Of a DNA stretch of 64,000 nucleotides, positions 39,753 through 51,351 are shown piece by piece. A program made the position numbers and the translations under genes. The DNA is from Firmicutes bacterium CAG:884 (GTDB lineage Bacteria > Bacillota_I > Bacilli_A > RF39 > UBA660), in the NCBI GenBank assembly GCA_000433875.1, contig HF993331.1:1868-65867 (forward strand), given 5' to 3'. Position 1 is the stretch's first letter. Each line of letters starts with the position of its first letter. The notes below the pieces were generated by a model. It did not search any database. It was not told the DNA's origin and saw only the letters and a list, made by a program, of their open reading frames with translations.

Positions 39753-40316
39753 ATGAATACCACAATCCAAATAAGAAAAAAAGGAAAAAGTTTAATAAAA
39801 ATACCAAGCAGATTTGTTGTATTTGACATAGAAACAACTGGATTAAATCCAGCAACTGATGAAATAATTGAAATAAGTGCTATTAAAGTAAGAGATAATG
39901 TAATAGAAGATACCTTTTCCTATTTAATAAAACCAAACAATGAAATACCATATTTTATAACAGAATTAACAAAAATAACCAATGAAATGGTAGAAAACGC
40001 TCTATCAATCGAAGAAGTTTTACCAAGATTTATAGACTTTATAGAAGATGAAATATTAGTAGGTCATAACGTAAATTTTGATATTAATTTTATTTATGAT
40101 AATTTAATTAAATTAGGAAAAGAACCATTAAAAAATGACTTTGTAGATACTCTAAGATTAAGTAGAAAACTATTACCCAATTTAAATCATCACCGCTTAT
40201 CTGACCTAACAAATTATTATAAAATAAACAATAAAGGAAGCCATAGAGCAATGCGGGATACCGAAATGACTCTAGAAGTTTTACAAATGCTTGTAAAGGG
40301 AAAAAATAAATTATAG
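39753..40316 (+). CDS. DEDDh 3'-5' exonuclease (DnaQ / Pol III epsilon-like)
   Basis: Exo I FVVFDIETTGL, Exo II LVGHNVNFDINF, Exo III HRAMRD. Confidence 0.7.
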   Translation: MNTTIQIRKKGKSLIKIPSRFVVFDIETTGLNPATDEIIEISAIKVRDNVIEDTFSYLIKPNNEIPYFITELTKITNEMVENALSIEEVLPRFIDFIEDEILVGHNVNFDINFIYDNLIKLGKEPLKNDFVDTLRLSRKLLPNLNHHRLSDLTNYYKINNKGSHRAMRDTEMTLEVLQMLVKGKNKL

Positions 40317-40370
40317 ACAATTAAATAAAAAACTAGTACAATATATATAAAATAATATAGGAGTAAAAAA

Positions 40371-42809
40371 ATGAAAAAGAAAATAATAATCTTTATAATT
40401 GCTATAATTTTAATAATCACACTTGATAGAATCATTTGCCCTAAAAAAGAAAAAAATCAAAATCCGAAAAGACTAAGTATTAATGAAATAGTAACAATAC
40501 CAGAAACAAATATTATGGTAGCAGATTCATTTTACATTAAAAGAAATAATAACGGGTTTATAGTATATGATGAAAATAATAACAAGTTATATGAATTTAC
40601 TGAAGAAAATAATTACTATGAAATATTAGGTAACAAATATATAATGATAAATAAAAATGATGAAACATTAATAATAGATAAAAATGGCAATCAAATTAAA
40701 AAAGGTACATACCAAGAAGTACATGATCCAGTATCTAATGATAAATACTTTATAATGGATAACAAAATATATAATAATAAAATAGAAGAAGTATATGACT
40801 TACCATCAACTATAGATATCAATAATGTTGAATTCTTCTTTATATTAAATAATAATTTATATGTAAAAAATATGGATAAAGAAAAAAACATAATTGTCGA
40901 TCTTGAAAACCAAAAAACAATCTATTCTAATTTTGAAGACTACACTCAAATAAGTCAAGATTATGTAGCAATCAAAAAAGATAAAACATATGACATATAT
41001 AATATAAAAGATAAAAAAATAGAATTAGAAAATGTTGATTTTGATGAAAGATATATTATCAAAAAAGATAATCAAGTAATGTATATTTATAATAATAAAA
41101 TATATAAAGATAAAACTAAAATAAATGATAAATATCATATGAGTACTAATGATTGTAGTGAAGGCGGGAAACTGCTAGATAAAAACGATAACATTATAAT
41201 TAATAAATGTATGCTTTACTATGAAGAACCACTGGAAGATATAATAACCGGATATAGTATAAAAGAAAGTATATTATATTTAAAAGGTAAAGAAATAACT
41301 ACAGACACAATTCTAAAAGTAGGAAATTATATAGTAACTTATGATTATAAGGAAAATGAGACAATCTATAAAATCTATGATAAGAATGGCAATGAAAAAA
41401 ATATAGACGGTTATATAGCCTATATAGGAAATGGTATTTATTACTTACAAAAACCACGAAACCATTCATTCCTAGATAGTAATTTAAATGTTATTGAAGG
41501 TAATTTAGATAGTGTCACCTGCTATTATAATGATTACTGTATTGTATCAGATGAAAATGAAAATAAAAAACTTTATAGAGATGGAAAAAGAATAACAACC
41601 AACACCTATGATGATATTATAATAAATAAAGATACTATAATCGCACAGACCATATTTAATACATATATCTATAAATTAGGTGAAGATAATGAAATAAATA
41701 TAGATACAAAAGAAGAAGTAAATATTGACATAAATGAAATTATAAAAAAATATGAATTAGAAGATATAGAAAATTTAATAAAAAATAATGAAGAACTATT
41801 TAAAAAATATGCCTATATAATTGAAAACAATAATGATTTATTAAACTATAAAAAAGAAGTAATGGATTTATTTATTATATTAGGAAACAATAAAAACTAT
41901 TTAAACGAAATGTTTTTCTTAAAAAAACTAAAAAAATTGAGTATAGCCAAAGTATCTGATCTAGGACCAGGAGTAGGTGCAACTTATGCGGATAGTGAAG
42001 TCAAAGTAAGATTAGTTGACAAATACAATATTACAATATATCACGAATTAACGCATTTTATTGATTTCTCAATTAATAATAAAAATAACATATATTATCT
42101 ATTTGATTGTAACGGTGAATATGTCATAAAAAAGGAATTTACAAATGCTTGCTCACTAGTTAACATAGATACAAACTTTATAACCGAAGCCGGAGCTGAA
42201 TTATACTCAGGAAAATACCTTACAAACGAACTTGAAGCTTATAATCCAGCACCATCAATTTTATCAGCAATGGAATATATACTTGGAAAAGAAGAAATAA
42301 ATAAATGGTATTTTGAAAATGACGCTTACTTTAAAAAATTATGGCTGGATATGGGATATAGTATTGATGAAACCAAAAAAATAATAAAATATATGACAAA
42401 TACAACACAAATAAACTCAAATGCAAGTGACAATATAATATATATTATAGATACACTAATCGATTTATATAAAAACAAAAAAGATGAAAATTTTATGAAT
42501 GATAAAGCATTTGTTTATATATTAAGAAATCTAATAGACTACCAAACAGATTTTAAAGCATCTAAATATGAATCAGAATTAAATAGTATTATTAACAAAG
42601 AAAATAATATACTAAATCAAGTAAATGAAAAAATAAAAGATTATTACCTATATGAATCATATGGAGATTTCTTAATAGAAAACAATAAATATTATATTCT
42701 AATATTTTGCTCAAAAGATAATACATCAGGATATTTGGCGATAAATTATGATTTTGAAAATGATAAAATCATAGACTATACCTTCACGCCAAGAAGAGTA
42801 TTAGAATAA
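40371..42809 (+). CDS. Large hypothetical membrane-anchored or secreted protein (812 aa) with a zincin-like HExxH motif
   Basis: N-terminal TM. HELTHFIDF ... EAGAE region. No other recognisable family. Terminator hairpin at about 42888-42920. Confidence 0.4.
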   Translation: MKKKIIIFIIAIILIITLDRIICPKKEKNQNPKRLSINEIVTIPETNIMVADSFYIKRNNNGFIVYDENNNKLYEFTEENNYYEILGNKYIMINKNDETLIIDKNGNQIKKGTYQEVHDPVSNDKYFIMDNKIYNNKIEEVYDLPSTIDINNVEFFFILNNNLYVKNMDKEKNIIVDLENQKTIYSNFEDYTQISQDYVAIKKDKTYDIYNIKDKKIELENVDFDERYIIKKDNQVMYIYNNKIYKDKTKINDKYHMSTNDCSEGGKLLDKNDNIIINKCMLYYEEPLEDIITGYSIKESILYLKGKEITTDTILKVGNYIVTYDYKENETIYKIYDKNGNEKNIDGYIAYIGNGIYYLQKPRNHSFLDSNLNVIEGNLDSVTCYYNDYCIVSDENENKKLYRDGKRITTNTYDDIIINKDTIIAQTIFNTYIYKLGEDNEINIDTKEEVNIDINEIIKKYELEDIENLIKNNEELFKKYAYIIENNNDLLNYKKEVMDLFIILGNNKNYLNEMFFLKKLKKLSIAKVSDLGPGVGATYADSEVKVRLVDKYNITIYHELTHFIDFSINNKNNIYYLFDCNGEYVIKKEFTNACSLVNIDTNFITEAGAELYSGKYLTNELEAYNPAPSILSAMEYILGKEEINKWYFENDAYFKKLWLDMGYSIDETKKIIKYMTNTTQINSNASDNIIYIIDTLIDLYKNKKDENFMNDKAFVYILRNLIDYQTDFKASKYESELNSIINKENNILNQVNEKIKDYYLYESYGDFLIENNKYYILIFCSKDNTSGYLAINYDFENDKIIDYTFTPRRVLE

Positions 42810-43018
42810 TAAAAAGAAAGAAAAAAATATGAATAAAACTAACTTTCTAGCAAAGAAAGCATACAAAGATCTTGATATTTAAAAAATATTAAACTCGTTT
42901 CTATGATTAAGAAATGAGTTTTATTATTATATTTTAATATGCCCCATAATAATTCTTAATAATTTTATAATTGTTTAATAATAATTAAATGGTATCATTA
43001 ATTACAGAGGTGGTTTTT

Positions 43019-43699
43019 ATGGATTATTTTATAATATATGGTCTTACATATTTAGCGCTTTTCATAACCTTAGGCGCTAATATATTAATAAATGTAAGAT
43101 ATGAAAAATATTCAAAAATAAAAAACAAAAGGAATGTCACAGGATATGAAACAGCACGAACAATCCTTGATAAAAATGGCCTAACAAATGTAAAAATAGA
43201 AAGCGTATCTGGAAAACTTACAGATCATTATGATCCCAAAAGTAAAACAGTTAGACTATCTAATAACATTTATAATGGAGCAAGTATAGCAAGCACAGCT
43301 GTAGCAGCTCATGAATGTGGCCACGCAATTCAAGATAAAGAAAATTATACATTTTTGCGCATTCGTGCAGCACTTGTACCTTTTGTTAATTTATCATCAC
43401 GAGCAGGCTATGTAGCAATCTTGCTAGGTCTACTATTTGGCTACTTAAATCTAATTTGGATTGGAATAGTATTTGAATTAGTAATACTCCTATTCCAAAT
43501 AGTAACACTCCCTGTAGAAATAAATGCCAGCGCGAAAGCCTTAAAAGAACTAGATAACACTCATATTCTAAATAGTAACGAACTAAAATCAAGCAAAAAG
43601 GTCCTAGCCGCTGCAGCAATGACTTATATAGCAAGCGTAGCATCTGCAATCTTGCAAATATTAAGATTAATACTAATGTTTGGAAGAAAAAATGATTAA
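43019..43699 (+). CDS. YugP-family putative zinc metallopeptidase (membrane)
   Basis: AAHECGHAIQ motif with flanking TM helices. RBS acagaggtgg. Confidence 0.7.
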   Translation: MDYFIIYGLTYLALFITLGANILINVRYEKYSKIKNKRNVTGYETARTILDKNGLTNVKIESVSGKLTDHYDPKSKTVRLSNNIYNGASIASTAVAAHECGHAIQDKENYTFLRIRAALVPFVNLSSRAGYVAILLGLLFGYLNLIWIGIVFELVILLFQIVTLPVEINASAKALKELDNTHILNSNELKSSKKVLAAAAMTYIASVASAILQILRLILMFGRKND

Positions 43700-43893
43700 G
43701 GTAATTTCTTACTAAATAAACTACTTCAAATCTTTTCGTACTACAATAGAAAAGAAAACTCCCATAAAAAACCACCCCTATAATTAAAGAAAATTACTCC
43801 TTCCGAAAACAGATGAAAAATCATCTGTTTTATTTTATAACAAAATATAAAAAATATGGTATAATTAAGAAGTAAACATTAGAAGGTGATATT

Positions 43894-46170
43894 ATGTATG
43901 GATTAACTGATAAAGAAATTGAAAAAAGAAAACAAGAAGGTCTAGTTAATACCGATAATACAGTTAAAACAAAAAGTATAAAAAAAATAATATTAGATAA
44001 TTCATTTAACATATTTAATATAGTAAACTCTATATTAGGCTTACTAATTATAATATCAGGAATTATCTTTAAAATATATTGGATTGATATAATAAAAAGT
44101 GTCACATTTATGTTCGTAATGATAATAAATACCCTAATAAGTATATATCAAGAAATATCAAGTAAATTAATAGTCGATAAATTATCAATCATAAGCAAAT
44201 CTCCCGTATGGGCAATAAGAAATAGAAAAGAAACTCAAATTGATGTAAATGATATAGTAATTGATGATGCCCTAAAATTTAAAATAGGCGCGCAAGTAGT
44301 AGTAGATAGTATTGTACTATCCGGAAATGCCGAAGTAAATGAATCATTTATAACCGGAGAATCAAAAAATGTCTATAAAAGAAAAGGTGATAAAATCTTG
44401 TCCGGATCTTTTATAGTAAGTGGTGAAGTAACTGTAAAAGTAGTAGCAGTCGGAAGCGATAACTATACGTCAAAAATAACAGCATCAACAAAGAAAAAAA
44501 ACAAAGTCAATTCAGAACTAATGGATTCATTAAACTTTATTATAAAAAACATATCAAAAATAATAATACCAGTAGGAATTATAATGTTTATTAAACAATA
44601 TAGCATTCTTACAAACGATTTCTATAACGCACTAATAAGAACCGTCGCTTCACTCGTTATGATGATACCAGAAGGATTAGTCCTATTAACAAGTACTGTT
44701 CTAGCTGTAAGTGTTATTAGATTAAGTAAAGTAAAAGTTCTAGTCCAAGAATTATATTGCATTGAAACACTTGCCCGAGTAGATACATTATGTCTAGATA
44801 AGACAGGAACCCTAACCGAAGGCATAATGGAAGTATATGATGTTATAAAATATGATGACATTGATGTAAAAAAAATAATTGCATCCTTCTCATCAAATCT
44901 AGTCCATAATAATACTCTAGATGCACTAGACAAGAAATTCGGTCATAACGGAATAGAAGCAAGAAAAAAAGAAGAATTTTCATCAAACAAAAAATACTCA
45001 ATGATAAATTATGACGGAAATGACTATTATTTAGGAGCACCCGAAATATTGTTTCCCGGAATAGATATAAAAGACTATAGTGATTATAGAGTTTTAAGTT
45101 TAGGCTATAAAAAAGAAAAAGAAGCTTCTTTAAAACTAGGAGCCCTAATATTGTTACAAGACAAAATAAGAGAAAATGCTAAAGAAACCCTTGATTACTT
45201 CAAAAAACAAGGAGTTGATATTAAAATCATATCCGGTGATAGCACGCAAATGCTTGTCAAAATTGCTGAAAGATTAAATATTAACATTAAAGGTTATATT
45301 GATATGAAAAATGTAAATGTAATAGATGAAAATATTGTTAATAATACAATCTTCGGAAGAGTAAGTCCATTTCAAAAGAAAGAATTAGTCGAAAAAATGA
45401 AATTACTTGGACATACAGTTGCAATGACAGGAGATGGTGTCAATGATGTACTAGCTCTAAAAGAAGCAGATTGTAGTATTGCAATCGCAAGTGGTTCCGA
45501 TGCAGCCAAAGCCGTATCAAGATTAGTACTATTAGACTCTAACTTTGATAGCATTCCAAACATTGTATATGAAGGAAGAAGAACAATCAACAACATCACA
45601 AGAAGTGCAAGCTTATTTTTATCAAAAACAGGATATGCCATATTATTTGCAATAATTTATTTATTTTTAAATGTAAGTTATCCATTTGAACCAGTCCAAA
45701 TATCACTAATAAGTTCTCTTACAATAGGTATACCATCATTTGTCCTAGCACTCGAAGACAATAAAGATAGATTAAATGGAAGTTTTTTAAAAAATGTCTT
45801 ATATAAATCTATTCCCGTAAGTATAACAAGTGTGTTAATGGTTCTAATAGTAGAAATAATCGGATCAATATTTGGTCTTTCTCAAGAACAAAAATCAACA
45901 ATTGATGTCATACTAATTGAAACAATCGGCTTTATGCTAATATTTAAAATATCCATTCCATTTAACAAAATTAGAAAAATACTATTTTATTTTTGCATAA
46001 TATGTTTTATAATATGTAGTATATTTCTAAGAAAGTTTTATTCACTTACAATATTAAGTGGCGAATTATTACTAATGACATTCGCTCTAATTACTCTTAG
46101 CATATATATACTAATATATTTATACAAAATATTTAATAAATTAATAGAAAAATGGGAGGCAAAAAAATGA
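43894..46170 (+). CDS. P-type cation-transporting ATPase (P2/P3 type, Ca2+ or Mg2+ class)
   Basis: PEGL in TM4, DKTGTLT, MTGDGVNDVLALKEAD. No CPC heavy-metal motif. Confidence 0.85.
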   Translation: MYGLTDKEIEKRKQEGLVNTDNTVKTKSIKKIILDNSFNIFNIVNSILGLLIIISGIIFKIYWIDIIKSVTFMFVMIINTLISIYQEISSKLIVDKLSIISKSPVWAIRNRKETQIDVNDIVIDDALKFKIGAQVVVDSIVLSGNAEVNESFITGESKNVYKRKGDKILSGSFIVSGEVTVKVVAVGSDNYTSKITASTKKKNKVNSELMDSLNFIIKNISKIIIPVGIIMFIKQYSILTNDFYNALIRTVASLVMMIPEGLVLLTSTVLAVSVIRLSKVKVLVQELYCIETLARVDTLCLDKTGTLTEGIMEVYDVIKYDDIDVKKIIASFSSNLVHNNTLDALDKKFGHNGIEARKKEEFSSNKKYSMINYDGNDYYLGAPEILFPGIDIKDYSDYRVLSLGYKKEKEASLKLGALILLQDKIRENAKETLDYFKKQGVDIKIISGDSTQMLVKIAERLNINIKGYIDMKNVNVIDENIVNNTIFGRVSPFQKKELVEKMKLLGHTVAMTGDGVNDVLALKEADCSIAIASGSDAAKAVSRLVLLDSNFDSIPNIVYEGRRTINNITRSASLFLSKTGYAILFAIIYLFLNVSYPFEPVQISLISSLTIGIPSFVLALEDNKDRLNGSFLKNVLYKSIPVSITSVLMVLIVEIIGSIFGLSQEQKSTIDVILIETIGFMLIFKISIPFNKIRKILFYFCIICFIICSIFLRKFYSLTILSGELLLMTFALITLSIYILIYLYKIFNKLIEKWEAKK

Positions 46171-47054
46171 AATCAGGATTTGTTGGAATAATAGGCAGAA
46201 CAAACGTAGGAAAATCTACATTAATAAACAATTTAATAGGAAGAAAAGTTGCAATTACATCAGATAAAGTACAAACAACCAGAAACATAATACAAGGAAT
46301 ATATAATGATGAAGATAGCCAAATTGTCTTTGTTGATACCCCAGGCATTCATAAACCAACACATAAACTAGGTAATTATTTAAATAAAGAGGCCTATTTT
46401 AGTATTGATGATGTTGATATCATATTATTCGTTGTTGACGGAAGCGTTAGCATTGGTCCAGGCGATAAGTTTGTAATCGAAAAACTAAAAAGCGTTCAAA
46501 AAGATGTTATATTAGTTATAAACAAAATCGATAAAATGACTAATGAATATATAATGAAAAAAATCCTTGAATACAAAGATTTATATGATTTTAAAGAAAT
46601 TGTACCAATGAGTGCCTTAAAAGGGAAAAATAAAGATGAACTTTTAAAAACAATAAAAGAATACTTACCAGATAATGTTAAATACTATGGAGATGATGTT
46701 TTCACAAATAAACCAGTGCAGTTCTTAATAAGTGAATTAATCCGTGAAAAAATATTTAATTTAACAAGAGAAGAAATACCACATTCCGTAACAGTAGTAA
46801 TTGAACAAATGAAAAGAAAAAATGGCAATTTAATTATAAACGCAATGATAGTTGTTGATAGAGATGCCGTTAAAAAAATTATCGTTGGCCATAATGGCTT
46901 TATGATAAAAGAAATAGGTACTCTTGCAAGAAAAGATATTGAAGAACTACTAGGAGAAAAAGTATATCTAGAACTATTTGTTAAAACAATTGAATCTTGG
47001 AGAGATATGGATAAATATCTAAAAGAATTCGGTTATAATGAAATAGATGAATAA
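46167..47054 (+). CDS. era: GTPase Era
   Basis: GRTNVGKSTLIN, DTPG, NKID, and a C-terminal KH domain. Confidence 0.9.
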   Translation: MKSGFVGIIGRTNVGKSTLINNLIGRKVAITSDKVQTTRNIIQGIYNDEDSQIVFVDTPGIHKPTHKLGNYLNKEAYFSIDDVDIILFVVDGSVSIGPGDKFVIEKLKSVQKDVILVINKIDKMTNEYIMKKILEYKDLYDFKEIVPMSALKGKNKDELLKTIKEYLPDNVKYYGDDVFTNKPVQFLISELIREKIFNLTREEIPHSVTVVIEQMKRKNGNLIINAMIVVDRDAVKKIIVGHNGFMIKEIGTLARKDIEELLGEKVYLELFVKTIESWRDMDKYLKEFGYNEIDE

Positions 47055-47162
47055 AAAATAAATAAGTAATCATAATTATATTGGTGATAAAAATGAAAGA
47101 AATGTTATGGTTACTTTTTGAAAATACAGGGAAAATAGAATATTATTTAAAATATAAGGAGC

Positions 47163-47897
47163 TTGATGATGGACAAAGTAGAGGGAATAGTAGTAAGTGA
47201 AATAGATTACCGCGATACAAGTAAAATTATTAATGTACTTTCGCCAAATGGCTTAATAGGAATGATAGCCAAAGGCTGTAAAAGCCCTAAAAGTGTATTA
47301 AGATCTTGCACTGATAAATTAACTTATGGTAATTTTTATATAAAATATAAAGAAAATAAATTATCAACTCTAAATAACTTTGATAATTTAAACAGCTTTA
47401 AAAATATAAGAACCGACTTTATAAAGTTAGGCTTCAGTATGTATTTACTCGATCTAAGTTATCAAGTAGCACGCGATAATTTTAACTCCCAAATCTATTA
47501 TGATTTAATCGAATCTCTAAAAAAAATAGATAACAATATCAACCCCTTAATGATAACTAATATTCTCGAACTTAAATATTTAAACATCCTTGGCGTAAGC
47601 CCAATACTAGATAGATGCGCTATATGTAATAGCAAAAATAATATTGTTGGCCTATCAAGTAGCAAAGGTGGCCTCATCTGCGCTAATTGCTTTAATAATG
47701 ATATGGAAGTAAGTGAAAAAGCAATTAAATTAATAAGACTATACTATTTAGTTGATATAAAAAAAATTGAAAGTTTTAACGTTAGTAAATCTATAGTAAA
47801 TGAAATAAATAGATTTATCGATGACTATTATGAAAGATATACAGGATTATATTTAAACAGTAAAAAAATAGTAAATAATATGTTTGACTTGACATAA
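47163..47897 (+). CDS. recO: DNA repair protein RecO
   Basis: OB-fold N-terminus. Zn finger CAICNSK...CANC. era-recO synteny. Confidence 0.8.
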   Translation: MMMDKVEGIVVSEIDYRDTSKIINVLSPNGLIGMIAKGCKSPKSVLRSCTDKLTYGNFYIKYKENKLSTLNNFDNLNSFKNIRTDFIKLGFSMYLLDLSYQVARDNFNSQIYYDLIESLKKIDNNINPLMITNILELKYLNILGVSPILDRCAICNSKNNIVGLSSSKGGLICANCFNNDMEVSEKAIKLIRLYYLVDIKKIESFNVSKSIVNEINRFIDDYYERYTGLYLNSKKIVNNMFDLT

Positions 47898-47936
47898 AAA
47901 ATGTGGTATTATATCTATCTATTAGGGGGAATAGAT

Positions 47937-48344
47937 ATGATTAATAATGGTTGGATAGATGCTAATGGAAATATAATTTCGGTTAAAGAAAATATAAATG
48001 ATAGTGCATTTAATTATTGTGAAAAATATTTGCCGCCACATATAAAAAACATATTACATTTATATATAATTAAATATGGTAACATAAGTGAAATTGAAAG
48101 AAAAAAAGATGTATATGCTGATTTTCTAGTTATAGTATTAGGCTTCATTAAAATAAGTAATGGTAAAGTATGTGTTCCCGAACACAGATACGAAGACTAT
48201 ACAAAAAAATATAAAAAAATATATGACCATTTCAATTTTAAAGAAATGATTTACCCAAAACTTATCTTTAATAGAACTAATGGTGAATTTATGAGTTATA
48301 ATGAAAAATCAATGTCATTTAAAAAAAATGTTGCAAGTGCATAA
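47937..48344 (+). CDS. Hypothetical protein
   Basis: ORF with RBS agggggaatagat. No recognisable motifs. Confidence 0.3.
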   Translation: MINNGWIDANGNIISVKENINDSAFNYCEKYLPPHIKNILHLYIIKYGNISEIERKKDVYADFLVIVLGFIKISNGKVCVPEHRYEDYTKKYKKIYDHFNFKEMIYPKLIFNRTNGEFMSYNEKSMSFKKNVASA

Positions 48345-48349
48345 AAATG

Positions 48350-48487
48350 TGTTATAATTTATTTATGAATGCGATGAAGGCGTGGAAAACTGGAGCAATG
48401 TATTTTAAAGATTCTCTATAGAATAAAGTAGGGTGGAACCACGAAAAATCGTCCCTATAAATATAGGGAATCTTTTATTTTAAGGAG
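48350..48487 (+). promoter_or_regulatory. T-box riboswitch leader of glyQS
   Basis: T-box core agtagggtggaaccacg at about 48427-48445. Terminator ccctat-aaat-ataggg plus T-run immediately upstream of the glyQS RBS. Confidence 0.6.
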
Positions 48488-48492
48488 GATAT

Positions 48493-49872
48493 ATGGAAAA
48501 AATAACAATGGATGATTTAGTTAATTATTCAAAACAATATGGATTTGTATTTCAAGGAAGTGAAATATATGGAGGACTTGCAAATAGTTTCGATTTCGGT
48601 CCATTAGGAACAGAACTTAAAAATAACATTAAAAAAGCTTGGATGAAAAAATTTGTTGAAGAAGATATTAATAACGTTAAACTTGATAGCGCTATTCTTA
48701 TGAATCCAAAAGTTTGGGAAGCAAGTGGTCACTTATCAACATTTGCTGATCCATTAATCGATTGCCGTGAATGTAAAAGTAGATATAGAGCAGATAAATT
48801 AATCGAAGACTATACAAAAGGCGAAATTACCGGTGATGGAATGAGTAATGAAGAACTTATTAACTATATAAATGAACATAATATCGTTTGTCCAAAATGC
48901 GGTAAACTTAATTATACAGATATAAGACAATTCAATTTAATGTTTAAAACATTTCAAGGTGTTACTGAAGATTCGAAAAATACTATCTATTTAAGACCAG
49001 AAACCGCACAAGGAATATTTACAAACTTTATGAATGTTCAAAGAAGTATGAGATTAAAAGTACCATTTGGTATTGGTCAAATAGGTAAAAGTTTTAGAAA
49101 TGAAATAACTCCAGGTAATTTTATATTTAGAGTTCGTGAATTCGAGCAAATGGAACTTGAGTTCTTCTGTAAACCAGGAACAGAATTAGAATGGTTCAAC
49201 TATTATAAAAATGCATGTTTTAACTTTTTACTAAGTTTAGGTATTAAGAAAGAAAACTTAAGAATGCGTGATCACTCTAAAGAAGAACTATGTTTCTATA
49301 GTAATGCAACAACAGATATTGAATATAATTTTCCATTCGGATTCGGTGAATTATGGGGAATCGCTAGTAGAACTGATTATGACTTAAAACAACACACAAA
49401 GTTCTCTGGCGAAAATCTATCATATTTAGATCCAGAAACTAATGAAAGATATGTTCCATATGTAATTGAACCATCATTAGGAGTTGAAAGATTATTCTTA
49501 ACAATACTAAGTGATGCCTATACAAAAGAAGAATTAGAAAATGGTGAAGTAAGAGAAGTTTTAAAAATTCATCCTTTCCTAGCACCTTACAAAGTTTGTA
49601 TCTTACCATTAATTAAGAAAAATCATAGTTCTAAAGCAATGGAAGTTTATAAAAACTTATGCTCTCATTTTCCAGTTAGCTATGATGAATCAGGTAATAT
49701 TGGTAAAAGATATAGAAGATCAGATGCAATAGGTACACCATTTGCAATCACAATTGATGATAATACAATTAATGATAATACAGTAACAGTTCGTGATCGC
49801 GATACAATGAAACAGGAAGTTGTAAACATTGATGATTTGGTAAACTATATTGAAGAAAAGATAAAGTTTTAG
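48493..49872 (+). CDS. glyQS: Glycine--tRNA ligase (alpha2 class II type)
   Basis: Class II motifs. Collinear GlyRS similarity ([43 protein letters not shown]). Confidence 0.9.
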   Translation: MEKITMDDLVNYSKQYGFVFQGSEIYGGLANSFDFGPLGTELKNNIKKAWMKKFVEEDINNVKLDSAILMNPKVWEASGHLSTFADPLIDCRECKSRYRADKLIEDYTKGEITGDGMSNEELINYINEHNIVCPKCGKLNYTDIRQFNLMFKTFQGVTEDSKNTIYLRPETAQGIFTNFMNVQRSMRLKVPFGIGQIGKSFRNEITPGNFIFRVREFEQMELEFFCKPGTELEWFNYYKNACFNFLLSLGIKKENLRMRDHSKEELCFYSNATTDIEYNFPFGFGELWGIASRTDYDLKQHTKFSGENLSYLDPETNERYVPYVIEPSLGVERLFLTILSDAYTKEELENGEVREVLKIHPFLAPYKVCILPLIKKNHSSKAMEVYKNLCSHFPVSYDESGNIGKRYRRSDAIGTPFAITIDDNTINDNTVTVRDRDTMKQEVVNIDDLVNYIEEKIKF

Positions 49873-49964
49873 GACATTTAGATGTCCTTTTTTGTTAGTT
49901 TTGACTTTAATTGACTATTTTTGTGGAAATATATACATTTTTAAGAAAAAAATGCTAAAAAAAT

Positions 49965-49994
49965 GTTGAAAAAAAATATTTGTAGTGCTATAAT
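49965..49994 (+). promoter_or_regulatory. Sigma-A promoter TTGAAA-18-TATAAT upstream of rpsU
   Basis: Seen directly in the sequence. Confidence 0.55.
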
Positions 49995-50026
49995 ACAACT
50001 AGAAAAAGGGGAGAGGAGGGATTAGA

Positions 50027-50218
50027 ATGACAAAAGTTATAGTTAGAAATGGTAATGTTGATTCAGCTTTACGTACATTTAAGCAAAAGACTGTTAAAGA
50101 GGGCCTCCTAAAAGAAGTTAGAAAAAAAGAAAGTTATATGAAACCTGGCGAAAAGCGTAGGGAAGCTAAAAAAGAGGCTATTAAAAATAGTCGTCGTAGA
50201 GAAAGAAATAGGGGCTAA
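50027..50218 (+). CDS. rpsU: 30S ribosomal protein S21
   Basis: 63 aa, basic. ALRTFKQKTVKEGLLKEVRKKESYMKPGEKRRE matches the S21 family. RBS aaaaaggggagaggaggg. Confidence 0.85.
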   Translation: MTKVIVRNGNVDSALRTFKQKTVKEGLLKEVRKKESYMKPGEKRREAKKEAIKNSRRRERNRG

Positions 50219-50249
50219 GGCTCCTTTTATTGTAAAGAAAGGGATAAAT

Positions 50250-50687
50250 ATGAAAGAAAGAATATTAGAAGATTTAAAAAATGCTATGAAAAATCAAGAT
50301 AAAGAAACTTTATCTACTATTAGAATGTTAAAAGGTGCATTACAATTAGAAGAAATTAATAAAAAGCAAGAATTAACTGATGATGAAGTAATCACAATAG
50401 TTGGTAAACAAATAAAAACAAGAAAAGAATCTATTCTTGAATTTGAAAAAGCAGGAAGAACTGATTTAGCTGATAAAACAAAAGCTGAGATTGTTATTTT
50501 AGAAAAATATTTGCCAGAACAATTAAGTTTAGAAGAAGTTAATAAAATAATTGATGAAGCGTTTGATAAAATTAAACCAACAAGTATGAAAGATATGAAA
50601 GACCTTATGGCTTATATAAATCCACTTGTTAAAGGTAAAGCAGATATGGGTTATGTAAGTAAATCAATAAAAGATAGGTTAAATTAA
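50250..50687 (+). CDS. yqeY: GatB/YqeY-domain protein
   Basis: Conserved rpsU-yqeY pair. YqeY-like helical pattern. Confidence 0.7.
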   Translation: MKERILEDLKNAMKNQDKETLSTIRMLKGALQLEEINKKQELTDDEVITIVGKQIKTRKESILEFEKAGRTDLADKTKAEIVILEKYLPEQLSLEEVNKIIDEAFDKIKPTSMKDMKDLMAYINPLVKGKADMGYVSKSIKDRLN

Positions 50688-50806
50688 TAAATATTTTTTA
50701 TATAATGTGCATATATATAATTAGAAAAATATGCGTTCTAGTTTGACATTTATATGGTTATTATGGTATCATTATAATGTCTTAGGACAATAAGGGTGAT
50801 AATTTA

Positions 50807-51310
50807 ATGAATCATATATTAGATGATAAAGAATACTATGACATAGTTTCTGACATTATAAATAATGATGAATTTGATAAAATAAAGAAAATTGAACATC
50901 ACGGAATAACAAGATATGAACACAGTTTAAAAGTTTCTTATAGAGCATATAAGATTGCTAAATTTCTTAAACTTAATGCTTATGAAACAGCAAGAGCTGG
51001 TTTACTTCACGATTTTTTTATTAGTTCAAATAATCAAAGTAAGATGAAAAAATGTATTTCTACATTTACTCATCCATATAAAGCAGTAAAAACAGTTAGC
51101 AAAAACTTTAATGTAAGTGATAGGGAACTTGATATTATTAAAACACATATGTTTCCTGTTAACTTATCAATTCCCAAATATGCTGAAAGTTGGGTTGTCA
51201 ATTTAGTTGACAAATGTATTGGTACTTATGAGTTTTCAGTAAAGTTTGGTAATAAGTTTAATTATGCTGCTAACCTAGCAATAGTATTATTTATGAATAT
51301 TATGAAATAA
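50807..51310 (+). CDS. HD-domain phosphohydrolase-like protein
   Basis: EHHGITRYEHSLKVS and LLHDFF match the H...HD...D pattern. Confidence 0.6.
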   Translation: MNHILDDKEYYDIVSDIINNDEFDKIKKIEHHGITRYEHSLKVSYRAYKIAKFLKLNAYETARAGLLHDFFISSNNQSKMKKCISTFTHPYKAVKTVSKNFNVSDRELDIIKTHMFPVNLSIPKYAESWVVNLVDKCIGTYEFSVKFGNKFNYAANLAIVLFMNIMK

Positions 51311-51332
51311 CTATGGTAACATAGTTATTTTT
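51309..51332 (+). terminator. Terminator aactatg-gtaa-catagtt plus T-run
   Basis: Perfect 7-bp stem overlapping the HD gene stop. Confidence 0.55.
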
Positions 51333-51351
51333 GTGTTATAATGTACTTGTT

